NCBI GenBank assembly: GCA_003484955.1 | Contig: DMZH01000003.1 | Location: 1 to 35,763 of the forward strand | Origin: Candidatus Woesebacteria bacterium | GTDB lineage: Bacteria; Patescibacteriota; Microgenomatia; UBA8517 | Length of the DNA: 35,763 nt | Direction: 5' to 3' | Part shown: positions 25,762-34,911 of the stretch, piece after piece | Layout: each line of letters begins with the position of its first letter | Position numbering within the stretch: position 1 is the first letter of the stretch | The notes under the pieces: model-generated | Databases searched by the model: none | What the model saw: only the letters and a program-made list of their open reading frames with translations | What the model was told of the DNA's origin: nothing | Program-made: the position numbers and the translations under genes

Positions 25762-28592
25762 GTGGTTAGGCTGTAGGCAAGGTCGACCGGGAAGAGAAGT
25801 TCCTGGTCGGGAGCATATTCAAAATATTCTGCCGGTGTGGTTGTGTTTGTGGCAGAACCTAAATCCCTCTGTAAATTCATTCCCCCATAAGCCGCCACCG
25901 TTCCCCTCACCCAAAGTTGAGAGGTTCCTCCGGTTCCTGAGCTGAAAGTTCCATCGGCAACATAAATTCCTTCAAGGTTCGCCGATCCTCCCCCACCAAC
26001 ACCCGGATCAACAATAATATTTCCATAGCTTCCGGCAGTATTTTCACCCGCAACTGCTAAAAAGAATCCGCTTCCCTTGGTAAGTTTGATATTTCCTTTA
26101 ATACTCAGGTTGGCCCCTTTAACAATCAAGATAATTTTTCTGGCCCCAAGATTGGCAGCAGAGCTAATGGTAAGCGGGATACCTCCCATAGCCGAACCGT
26201 CATATACGTACCAATAGTATCCATTGTAGGCAGTTCCGCCGCTTGCAAAGAAGCTACCGGCAACAGAACTTGATGAAACCGGGTTTATAACGGCATCTCC
26301 CGGAATTGAATTTACAAAATAATTCGAATCATAAATTTTGCTCGTAGAGTATGTCGTGTTTACAAGCCAACCGGTTGCCGAAACATTCGGTTTTGTCAGG
26401 TTTGTCGATGTACCGTAAACGGCAACGCCGGGGTATCCCCCGTCCCCATTTTTACCAAATAATTGCCCCGGAGGAATAGTGCTTCTTAGATCCTGATTTG
26501 TAGCCACGTCACTATCTTTTACCTGCCACCAGGGATTTGAGGTGACACTAACCGCCGTCGTAGCAGAACACCTGCTTACACCCGACATAATCACATTTGC
26601 CGTTACAGTAGCGGATCCCCCTGACACTCCGGTTATATTTGTTGTATACGAACTGGTTGTATCGGAGGCAGGATTAACAGTTGCTATACCCGTATTTGAA
26701 GATGCGAAATTCACACTGGAAATTGTTCCGTTTGAGAAAGTCACATTAGTACCGGCCGTCTGTGAACCTCCCACCGACATACTGTAATTCGGCGAGTTAA
26801 ACGAAATTGTACAGGAAGGAGGCGGATAATAATGCCACCAGAGATCGGCATACCCATTGCTGCTTCCGCAGAATGAATTATCCGGCAAATTTACCGAACT
26901 TGACATTACAGGAGCACTGGTATGGCAAGCCGTGTTGTTATAGCAAAGTGTATAGCCTACAGTGTAATTTGCAGGAACAGATACGGATACCGTCCTTGTT
27001 TTACTTGCACTTTGATAAAACAAAAAATAAGGCTGGGTGGATGTGGATGTTAAAGGATCGTTCAAGGTAACAGTTTGGCTGTTTGCAGGGGCAATATTTT
27101 GATTGCCCGGCATTACAACCTTATAACCCTGAACTGTACAGGTGGGCGCTTCTTGCAAGAAAAACCATAGACCGTATGTTTGTCCGCTTACCAATCCGGT
27201 ACAAGTTACCGTGCCTCCGGAAAGTGTACACTTTCCGGTACCTTCCTCAATCCATTTTAATGTATAGTTTGAAGGGAGATTGGCAAGAGCAAAAGTGAAA
27301 TTTCCAGAAGCTGAAATTCCTTGTGCAGAGTAAGGGTAATTGTATGCTCCACCGGCGCAATTAGTGTGATAGTTTATTGAACCTGTAGCTGCACCGGAAT
27401 AATTTATTGCCAGACCTGAAATGTTCGGGAAAGTTCCACAATTTACATCTCCCGGATCCTCAATTACCTGATAATATCCATCATCAAAAACGCCATTACG
27501 GTTTTTATCCAATCCAACAACTACCTGCATAGTTATACCTGATGGTGGAGGTGGGGTTGCAGTAGTACACCCGTCGGCAATTGGTTTACAGCCTGTGGAA
27601 CAACAAACTTGGGTATCGTTATCACAAGTTTGGGTTCCACACTCAGTGGTTCCCCCTGGAGATGGAGTTGGGGTTGGACCACCACCACTTATCGAACAAC
27701 TGTTGCTACCATCTACAACACATTCTGAAGATGAACAACTTGGGCTACAATTCAAATAATTACCACACGAAATTGAGCCACCGCTAGTATCTGCAGGGCA
27801 AACTGTATCGTTAAAACAAACACCACCACCCACACAAGGTTGACCTATATAATCACAAGATGTACCAGTTATAGTACACCTCAGCTGAGTCGTACTTGTT
27901 CCACACTCAAAAAAGCCTGTGCATGCTGCCAGAGCTCTGCCCACCTTAAACGGATTATTCTTTTCAAAAAAGGACAATATATACCTCAGCAGGTTTGAGC
28001 CATTTTTTGACACTTCTATAGGTCTTGGGGAAGTTTCGATATATCTTTTAATCATTTCATTAGTCTTTGTACTTATTTCTTCGTTCGTCCAAAAATCCGG
28101 ATTTTTGGACATCATAAGTGCCCTACTTAATGCGACAATCAAAGCATATGTAAGTCTTTCTTTTTCTGTATAATCAGGTGAGATGTATATTTTTAAGCGA
28201 AGATTGCCTTTATCAAACTCCTGACCAAAAGAACTCAAAACTTCATTTTGTGCACCCACTACCCTTCCCCATTTTTGAGGCTCTTGGGTGAGAGTAACTG
28301 CAACATTTGAAAAATTCTGCCATTCTATCTTCTCCCAATCGTAGTATTTTTTGTCAGAAGGTGATCCAAAACCCGTTTCTTTTAATAAATTATTGAAGGT
28401 ATCATTGTCACCTACCTGTACTGAATATCCATTGATGCCACCTGATATTTTAACCGGTATAGGAGAGTACTTAGTGAATAAATAATAACCCACTTCAGCA
28501 AGAATAACGACTACAAAAAATCCCAACAGGACCAAAAGAAACTTAACAACCTTGTCGGGTTTTTTGGTCTCAACTACTGTGTCATCAGACAT
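25740..28592 (-). CDS. Large (950 aa) membrane-anchored surface protein with a Cys-rich module and a Big_2-like Ig domain
   Basis: N-terminal TM FLLVLLGFFVVVILAEVGYYLF. There are 18 Cys between aa 224 and 342, then PT-rich linkers. The Big_2-like segment is VNFASSNTGIATVNP..GGSATVTANV. Confidence 0.85.
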   Translation of the reverse strand: MSDDTVVETKKPDKVVKFLLVLLGFFVVVILAEVGYYLFTKYSPIPVKISGGINGYSVQVGDNDTFNNLLKETGFGSPSDKKYYDWEKIEWQNFSNVAVTLTQEPQKWGRVVGAQNEVLSSFGQEFDKGNLRLKIYISPDYTEKERLTYALIVALSRALMMSKNPDFWTNEEISTKTNEMIKRYIETSPRPIEVSKNGSNLLRYILSFFEKNNPFKVGRALAACTGFFECGTSTTQLRCTITGTSCDYIGQPCVGGGVCFNDTVCPADTSGGSISCGNYLNCSPSCSSSECVVDGSNSCSISGGGPTPTPSPGGTTECGTQTCDNDTQVCCSTGCKPIADGCTTATPPPPSGITMQVVVGLDKNRNGVFDDGYYQVIEDPGDVNCGTFPNISGLAINYSGAATGSINYHTNCAGGAYNYPYSAQGISASGNFTFALANLPSNYTLKWIEEGTGKCTLSGGTVTCTGLVSGQTYGLWFFLQEAPTCTVQGYKVVMPGNQNIAPANSQTVTLNDPLTSTSTQPYFLFYQSASKTRTVSVSVPANYTVGYTLCYNNTACHTSAPVMSSSVNLPDNSFCGSSNGYADLWWHYYPPPSCTISFNSPNYSMSVGGSQTAGTNVTFSNGTISSVNFASSNTGIATVNPASDTTSSYTTNITGVSGGSATVTANVIMSGVSRCSATTAVSVTSNPWWQVKDSDVATNQDLRSTIPPGQLFGKNGDGGYPGVAVYGTSTNLTKPNVSATGWLVNTTYSTSKIYDSNYFVNSIPGDAVINPVSSSSVAGSFFASGGTAYNGYYWYVYDGSAMGGIPLTISSAANLGARKIILIVKGANLSIKGNIKLTKGSGFFLAVAGENTAGSYGNIIVDPGVGGGGSANLEGIYVADGTFSSGTGGTSQLWVRGTVAAYGGMNLQRDLGSATNTTTPAEYFEYAPDQELLFPVDLAYSLTTWREVAP

Positions 28593-28643
28593 TATCTAAC
28601 TTTATATTAGTATCACAAAAAATTCAATTGGTGAGGTTTTAAT

Positions 28644-30545
28644 CTATCTCTCCTCGATTAACAACAAGTTAATGTAATTCTCTATTCTGCTTCCTCCAGT
28701 TGGATTTAACCATAGATCTGTAATCAACTGATTAACCTCGGGTCTTTCTTTAAAAAATCTTGCTGAGTATTCAAGTATCTTGGACCGATTTAAAGTGGCA
28801 TTTTGGTATTCAATATCCATAGATAAACTTTGTAAAGAACTCCCCAAAGTATATATATATCCCATGGCAATTCTTGGATCGTCTTTCTCAAAATCTGCTG
28901 TTCCCGTATAAGATATTAAATGTTCTACGCTTACATATTTTTCCATCCTAAGTGAACCGTCTATTACATAATTAAACGAACCCATGTCCCTAGCACTGGA
29001 CCCGCCACTGTAGCCACCAATTTTGTTTACCAATACATACGCAACCGGTTTTAAGGGATCGACTTTCTCAACTGTTGATTCAAGAACACTTCCTGGAACA
29101 GCTGCAGCAATTTCATAACTCATATCTTCACCGTCTTTCAATCTTTGAATATACTCTTCAAAAGTAACTGGCTTTCTGTTTACAAAATCATCTCCCTGCC
29201 AGGCAAAATAGTGTGCTTTCATAATCTCTTTTGCTAGAACGTTTTCGACTGTGTTAGGGGACAAATATTCCTGTGCCTCGGGATTAACAATCCATTTATC
29301 CAGTGGAAGTTCTTCCCTGTCGTACATATCCTGCCCAATAGCAAAAATTACTTTTACAGGCAAACCTTCAACATTACCCTCTATTTCAAGAGAACTGTGG
29401 AGAGATTCATATTCCGGTGTAGGAGTAACTTCTACCTGTTGAGTTTGTTCCATTATCCAAATGTTTTTATCTGCATTAAACCAGCCTACTAGGGAATCTC
29501 CTCTGAAAGCACCTATTACACTCCAGCCGCTTTTGTCCCAAATCATTTGCTGGGTTGTTCCATTAAGCTCTGCGGGTTTAGTCAGTTCCGAGACTTTGAA
29601 CTCCGGCCTGTTATAGAGATATGCAACCATTCCCATAGCACGGACTAATTGGTTAGCCTCGACCCCGCTTGTAATTGTGAACTTAAGAAAATTGCCGTTG
29701 GTTCCTTTTGCTGCCAAATCCCAATGGACTTCTCCACCCTCCTCATAAATAACAGGCAACATATTACTACTGGCAATTCCATTGGCTTTATACCAATCTT
29801 TCAGTGCTGAGAGGTCTGCTCCTGCCCCAAGCTCAACAATTCTTTTTTCCGCTTCTGCACCGCTAATACTGGGTGTTTTTACAAAGTTTTCGGCAGAAGT
29901 GGGATAAGGAGAGCCTTCAGCTGTCGGAGGAGTTTCTGTTTCCGTAGAGAAAGTTTCAGGAGTCGAAAAAGAGGTTGATGTCTCCAGAGGAACATTTGTT
30001 ACTTCAACAGGAAGAGATGTGTTTGGAGTGATCTCAACATAGCTTTTGACAACATTTCCACAACCTGCGGCACTCAAGGCCATTGTGACAACTGTGGCTC
30101 CTGTGGCAACACTTCTTATAACCTTGCTTTTAATGGTAGATTCCAGTGCACCAAGGAACCCCACAGCTCCTTCTATATTTTGCCTAAATCCTTCAAAGTG
30201 TTCTTTTTGTTTGGGGTTAAGAGGGAGTTCGTTTTGAGCTGTATGTAGTTTGGCGGCTGCAACAACTAAACCGTCAATGGGATCCCCCATTTCCGTAAGC
30301 GGAGATCCAGTCCAGTCAACTGATTCAATTGCTCTTAAGGGATCGTCCTTCAAATCTGAAGCGTTTTTATAAAGTTTCTCAGAGGGCTCACAGAATCTTC
30401 TTCCGACTTGTAGAATAATTTTTTCTGGATCAAGATCCGCGTCTATTGAAGAACGAACCTCCACCGGCTCAAAAGCTTTTTCGTTGGGCATATAATTAGG
30501 TCTTTCTGTACCCATTATATAGAAACTATAAGTAACCCGCCACAC
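28644..30545 (-). CDS. Hypothetical 633-aa protein with an internal signal-anchor/lipobox-like segment; start uncertain (ATG at 30515 is an alternative)
   Basis: A long ORF without recognised motifs. KSKVIRSVATGATVVTMALSAAGC occurs at aa 139-162. Confidence 0.75.
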   Translation of the reverse strand: MWRVTYSFYIMGTERPNYMPNEKAFEPVEVRSSIDADLDPEKIILQVGRRFCEPSEKLYKNASDLKDDPLRAIESVDWTGSPLTEMGDPIDGLVVAAAKLHTAQNELPLNPKQKEHFEGFRQNIEGAVGFLGALESTIKSKVIRSVATGATVVTMALSAAGCGNVVKSYVEITPNTSLPVEVTNVPLETSTSFSTPETFSTETETPPTAEGSPYPTSAENFVKTPSISGAEAEKRIVELGAGADLSALKDWYKANGIASSNMLPVIYEEGGEVHWDLAAKGTNGNFLKFTITSGVEANQLVRAMGMVAYLYNRPEFKVSELTKPAELNGTTQQMIWDKSGWSVIGAFRGDSLVGWFNADKNIWIMEQTQQVEVTPTPEYESLHSSLEIEGNVEGLPVKVIFAIGQDMYDREELPLDKWIVNPEAQEYLSPNTVENVLAKEIMKAHYFAWQGDDFVNRKPVTFEEYIQRLKDGEDMSYEIAAAVPGSVLESTVEKVDPLKPVAYVLVNKIGGYSGGSSARDMGSFNYVIDGSLRMEKYVSVEHLISYTGTADFEKDDPRIAMGYIYTLGSSLQSLSMDIEYQNATLNRSKILEYSARFFKERPEVNQLITDLWLNPTGGSRIENYINLLLIEER

Positions 30546-30637
30546 CGATTAACTGGGCCTAAGTATACTACTTATGGAGTTTAAAATATAGATTAGAGAT
30601 CATCCCGCAACCTGCTTGTAAGAAGAGGGTCTGCAAG

Positions 30638-31678
30638 CTATTGATCTTCAATAGACTTTTTTTGCAAGTCATCAATTCTGATCACAATTTTATGTATTTG
30701 TTTATCTAAATAGTTTTCAATATTTAGGTCTGCATCTAAAAATTTCTTAGAAGCCACTCTATCTGGAGCAATTCCCCACAACAAGATACTTATCCAATCT
30801 AAAGCTGCTAACTGAACGGCAATATCAATTCTCTCGATAACATGGAGAGGTAACGACGATTGTTCTTTAAATCTATTTAAGAAATATAACTTTTGCTCAC
30901 GAGGAATGTCTTTAGAGCCTTCATGAAGTAAAAAGTTGGCTACTATTTTTACGGGATCGTCCCATCCAAAATACTCAAAGTCGATAAAGCATGGTTCATC
31001 ATTATTTCTCATAATTATATTGTGTGGACCAAAATCAACTGGACTTAACCTCATGTCACTCTCTTTAATTGGTTTGAATAGTTTTTTAGTAGCAGAATTT
31101 TTGTGTAGCCTTTCTATCGTTCCTCGTACTATTTCACTTAATTGATATGTTTCAGCCAATTTAGTAACTTTAGGATGAATCTCTTTTGATTTTAAAGACT
31201 CCTCAAATTTTCCAAACTTAAATAATATTGTGTCTGAATATTCATCTAATGATCGTGAAGCAAACAATGCGTCCAGAAATCTAGCCCTATTTTCATTTTC
31301 AGGCTTTGTTTTCTGTAATTTGTTTAAAAAACATACCACTTTATCGATTTCTATACTTGTAAATGCTTTCGCGTCTGCAATCCTCCCTTTTTCAAACGAA
31401 TATATCGCATAGTTTTGTGTTTCATCGGCAAAATAAGGAGTGGGTACGTCATCAAATCCAGATTTATTGAGAAACTCTAGGGCACCATATTCTCTTTGAA
31501 GTCTCTTTCGATCGTCTGGAAAGTACTCCTTCACGAGAAATTCTTTACAGTTTTCAGTGACAGCTTTGAAAAGCCTGTTATTTCCACCACCCAATATTCT
31601 TGAAAAATCGACAACCGTCGATGAGCTTATGCTTTCAATATTTAAATTTGCGACAGTTCTTAATTCCGTTTCTTTCAT
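30638..31678 (-). CDS. APH/choline-kinase-fold phosphotransferase; small-molecule (possibly anomeric sugar) kinase
   Basis: The Brenner-type catalytic loop is SPVDFGPHNIIM and the metal-binding segment is CFIDFEYFGWDDP. N-terminal lobe contains LVKEYFPD. Confidence 0.75.
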   Translation of the reverse strand: MKETELRTVANLNIESISSSTVVDFSRILGGGNNRLFKAVTENCKEFLVKEYFPDDRKRLQREYGALEFLNKSGFDDVPTPYFADETQNYAIYSFEKGRIADAKAFTSIEIDKVVCFLNKLQKTKPENENRARFLDALFASRSLDEYSDTILFKFGKFEESLKSKEIHPKVTKLAETYQLSEIVRGTIERLHKNSATKKLFKPIKESDMRLSPVDFGPHNIIMRNNDEPCFIDFEYFGWDDPVKIVANFLLHEGSKDIPREQKLYFLNRFKEQSSLPLHVIERIDIAVQLAALDWISILLWGIAPDRVASKKFLDADLNIENYLDKQIHKIVIRIDDLQKKSIEDQ

Positions 31679-32163
31679 TATTTAAAGTGTTTGTTTTCGT
31701 AATCTGAAATTTTCTTCAATCTCCGAGAATGTCGTTCAACTTCAGACCATTTAGTGTTAAACCATGTATCCAACACTCCATGAAGCTTCTGTTGATTTTT
31801 AAATTTCAAGGCCGCTAAAATAATCACGTTAGCGTTGTTGTGTATTCTGGCAAATTTCGACTCTTTAATTGTTGTACATGGCAAAGCGCGTACCCCTTTA
31901 ACTTTATTTGCAACAATAGTCATTCCACCAGACATCATACAAATTAATATTCCCTCACCAAATCCTTTAGAGACTTTCTCTGCTACCCTAAATCCATAGT
32001 CAGGATAATCATCCGAACCATCGTATTTATGAGGACCCACATCCTCGTGTTTTATATTTTTATTTGAGAGATATTTTAAGACCTTTTTCTTAAGCCCAAA
32101 CCCTGCATGGTCTGATCCAACAAATACTTTTTTGTCTAATTTTCTAATCATTTGAGGTTCCAT
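31678..32163 (-). CDS. rpiB: Ribose-5-phosphate isomerase B / LacAB-family sugar-phosphate isomerase
   Basis: VFVGSDHAGFGLKKKV, GILIC..SGGMTIVANKVKGVRA, HNNANVI and ERHSRRLKKI. Confidence 0.85.
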   Translation of the reverse strand: MEPQMIRKLDKKVFVGSDHAGFGLKKKVLKYLSNKNIKHEDVGPHKYDGSDDYPDYGFRVAEKVSKGFGEGILICMMSGGMTIVANKVKGVRALPCTTIKESKFARIHNNANVIILAALKFKNQQKLHGVLDTWFNTKWSEVERHSRRLKKISDYENKHFK

Positions 32164-33182
32164 TTTAGATTATACATTTCTGAATAATTTTCAATTGTGC
32201 GATACTTATCAGGAATCCCACCTATTCCGTGGAGCGCTCCCAGAAAACATCCGCAAATGGCCGCTATTCCATCGGTGTTTCCCCCAACACACTCTAACAA
32301 TTGTTCTGTCCACCCATAATTTAACATTCTTCGTTTTTCCTTGCCAAAATCTTCTCTAAATGAATTTGCAGCAGTTAATACACCATCTTCAAATTTGTTA
32401 GACTTTAAAGAAATATAAACCGCCAATGGTATCGTCTGAAGAATGGATGAGCCTGTCCCCAATAATTTTCTGGCTTTTTGCACCCCAACTTTTTTGTAAT
32501 TATTTAATGACCACCTAATTCTTTCAATTAATTTCCTGGAATCAATACTGGAACCGTAGTTTTCAATTATCGATAACGAATCTGAAAAACTTTGTTCTAA
32601 ACCAGCACCATTTAGTATTTTAGCTACAGAAATTGCGGCAAAGACCGAACCATTACGCGAAACAATGGAGTTGTGAGTATATGAAGCGCAAATTTCTGAA
32701 TAATTTAAAATAGATTTGGCATCACCTGCACAAAAGAAGATTCCTATTGGAAGGGTTCTATAAACAGACGCGCACGAAGAAGTCAATTTTGCACCGCTAT
32801 CTTTTGGACTGTGCCCATTTAGTAAATTTATACAAGCCCTTAGTGAAGTTTTTCCGGGCCATCTTTCAAAACCCACGATATCTCTGCAGTTTTTTGCCCA
32901 CTTTTTTAAATTGAGTATCATGTCATTTTCATAATAACCCTTGTTTTTTATCAAAGATTCAATCGTCAACAAAAATAAACGCGTGTTGTCTGTAAACTGA
33001 CCTTCATTTAGAGTATAGAAAAATGGATGGCTTTGGTTTCTTGTAAACCCAACTATTTCTCCAATATTGGTTTTGAGGTAATCACTTTTTTTGATCCCTG
33101 CGGCAGGAAATCCCATAGAATCGCCTATAGCAAACCCTAAAATTGCTCCAGTAATTTTTAATGAATTTTTATTTCTTGCCAT
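32148..33182 (-). CDS. ADP-ribosylglycohydrolase-family protein (DraG/ARH-like) with a variant C-terminal metal motif
   Basis: The N-terminal segment is GAILGFAIGDSMGFP. The C-terminal GGNTDGIAAICGCFLGALHG compares with the usual GgDTDT.aAi.Ga..GA..G. Confidence 0.8.
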   Translation of the reverse strand: MARNKNSLKITGAILGFAIGDSMGFPAAGIKKSDYLKTNIGEIVGFTRNQSHPFFYTLNEGQFTDNTRLFLLTIESLIKNKGYYENDMILNLKKWAKNCRDIVGFERWPGKTSLRACINLLNGHSPKDSGAKLTSSCASVYRTLPIGIFFCAGDAKSILNYSEICASYTHNSIVSRNGSVFAAISVAKILNGAGLEQSFSDSLSIIENYGSSIDSRKLIERIRWSLNNYKKVGVQKARKLLGTGSSILQTIPLAVYISLKSNKFEDGVLTAANSFREDFGKEKRRMLNYGWTEQLLECVGGNTDGIAAICGCFLGALHGIGGIPDKYRTIENYSEMYNLKWNLK

Positions 33183-34101
33183 TTAATATCTTAGATAATT
33201 TTATTCTTTCAATCTTAAATTTGTTTTTATGAATAACTCTTCCAAAGAAAGGCAGGCTTTTGGAATAAGTGTTGACGACAGAGCTTTCTATAATTGGGAA
33301 TTTTTTAATCCTTTTATAGTATTCCCTTTGTTGAAAGAAATTTGGGAGCCATGGGTAGCAAGATATCAGTTTAAAATCTATATTGTTTGCTTTTTTGTAG
33401 TGTCTAAAAAGCCAACATAAATAAATTGCAAATGTGCCCTGGAGCCCTGTGTCAACAATGGTAATTGGAATTTGGAGTTGGAATACTATGCTTGGAATTT
33501 TCCTCTCAATGTTTTTAACAACTAATTCATTCATCTTCTTAAACTTTTGATCATGCACCTCTTTTAAGTGTAGTATTTTGGAATATTTTATAAAAAACTC
33601 AGGCCAATCTAAGCCAGGATTTTTATCTACAACATTATTAATTATAGAAAAAAGTTGTAAATATCTTCTGAAACTCTCCTGCTTATCATATCCCAAATCC
33701 TTTCTAGAAACCCTTAAGGAGAATTTAACTAAATTTTTGGGGTTAATTACATCAAAACATTCCTGCAATACGGCTCCGTCATGTAAAACAAAAATTACAA
33801 TTCCACCTCTAGACTCAAGAGATTTTATAAGCCTTTTTACGCCAAAAACTAGTGCTGGTTCTGAAGATACACTTTTGCTTTGCATGGTAAATGGGGACTT
33901 GTAAAATTTAACAGATTTTTTAATCCTAGAGTATTCGACAATTTGAGATTTTACATCCTCACAAAATTTTTTGGGAAAGTTATATAGAAATATTTCTAAA
34001 CTGTCTAATAGGTTTTCAATTTCGGGCAAAGATAGACTCTTTTTAGAATATGAGTTAATGATATTTATAAAACCACTGACATCGGGTTTATATTTTTCCA
34101 T
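33169..34101 (-). CDS. Hypothetical 310-aa protein, first gene of the four-gene overlapping operon
   Basis: The long ORF overlaps the downstream gene by 14 nt. It is Lys/Phe-rich and I recognise no motif. Confidence 0.65.
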   Translation of the reverse strand: MEKYKPDVSGFINIINSYSKKSLSLPEIENLLDSLEIFLYNFPKKFCEDVKSQIVEYSRIKKSVKFYKSPFTMQSKSVSSEPALVFGVKRLIKSLESRGGIVIFVLHDGAVLQECFDVINPKNLVKFSLRVSRKDLGYDKQESFRRYLQLFSIINNVVDKNPGLDWPEFFIKYSKILHLKEVHDQKFKKMNELVVKNIERKIPSIVFQLQIPITIVDTGLQGTFAIYLCWLFRHYKKANNIDFKLISCYPWLPNFFQQREYYKRIKKFPIIESSVVNTYSKSLPFFGRVIHKNKFKIERIKLSKILNGKK

Positions 34102-34102
34102 T

Positions 34103-34131
34103 TTGACTTATAGTCTAATTGCTGGTATTAT
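34103..34131 (+). promoter_or_regulatory. Sigma70-like promoter: TTGACT, 17-nt spacer, TATTAT, ending 7 nt before the ATG at 34139
   Basis: Read directly. It lies in a 37-nt divergent spacer. Confidence 0.45.
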
Positions 34132-34138
34132 ACCACAA

Positions 34139-34906
34139 ATGTCGCACGAGCTCAGACTGGACAATTCTTCAAATACTGAGGGTCTACAAACCGCACCTTC
34201 TTCCGCATACGTCCTGTCAGCTGGTTTTGGAACAAGAATGGAAACTTTGACACAAGGTAAATTTCCCAAAGGATTGGTAGAAATCGAACAAGGAAAGGTA
34301 CTTCTAGAATTTGTCTTTGATATCGCAAAGGACAATGGTGTTAACAAAATAGTGACATGTGTTTCGCATCAATCGGAAAAAATAATTGACTTTTGTGCTG
34401 TTAAAGGCTGGGGATCGGATGTGTCATTTTCTATTGAAAGTACACCCCAAGGTGTAATTAAGACTTTTGAAACAGGACTCAAAAACTTTCCTCCGGTAGA
34501 AGATTTTGTCCTCCTTCACGGAGACGAAATTATTGCTAATTTTTCTCTGCAAAGTATGTATAAATTTCATTTGTCTCACAAAGGTTTGGCAACCGGACTA
34601 TTAAGCAGCAACCCTCAGGCAAAAAGAACTGTTATTATGAAATTGGATGATAATGGAAAAGTTTCAGATTCTTTAAGAGATAGCGATGCCATTCATTCTG
34701 ACTATTTAGCCAGTTTGGGTCTATTTATTTTTAGTCCAAAAATAATTAATGAGGTTGGTAGATTTAAAACATGGGAAGAAATGGTAAAAACTTTTTCTAG
34801 GGAGGGTAAACTTTACGGTTTTTCGTCCAAAGCCTATTTCTTCAATATAAACAGCCCGAAAGACATCTCCGATTTCTTGGATTATAAAAGAAATAATAAA
34901 GCTTAA
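34139..34906 (+). CDS. Sugar-1-phosphate nucleotidylyltransferase (NTP_transferase family)
   Basis: AYVLSAGFGTRMETLTQGKFPKGLVEI matches the G-x-G-T-R-x(n)-PK signature. The start is placed at ATG 34139; the track's 33971 start would overlap the divergent gene by 131 nt. Confidence 0.8.
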   Translation: MSHELRLDNSSNTEGLQTAPSSAYVLSAGFGTRMETLTQGKFPKGLVEIEQGKVLLEFVFDIAKDNGVNKIVTCVSHQSEKIIDFCAVKGWGSDVSFSIESTPQGVIKTFETGLKNFPPVEDFVLLHGDEIIANFSLQSMYKFHLSHKGLATGLLSSNPQAKRTVIMKLDDNGKVSDSLRDSDAIHSDYLASLGLFIFSPKIINEVGRFKTWEEMVKTFSREGKLYGFSSKAYFFNINSPKDISDFLDYKRNNKA

Positions 34907-34911
34907 TAGTT

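Noticed and set aside
33971-34138. An N-terminal extension (56 aa) of the nucleotidyltransferase as given in the ORF track.
   Set aside because: It would overlap the divergent 310-aa gene by 131 nt and would contain the TTGACT/TATTAT promoter. The conserved GxGTR motif begins shortly after the ATG at 34139.
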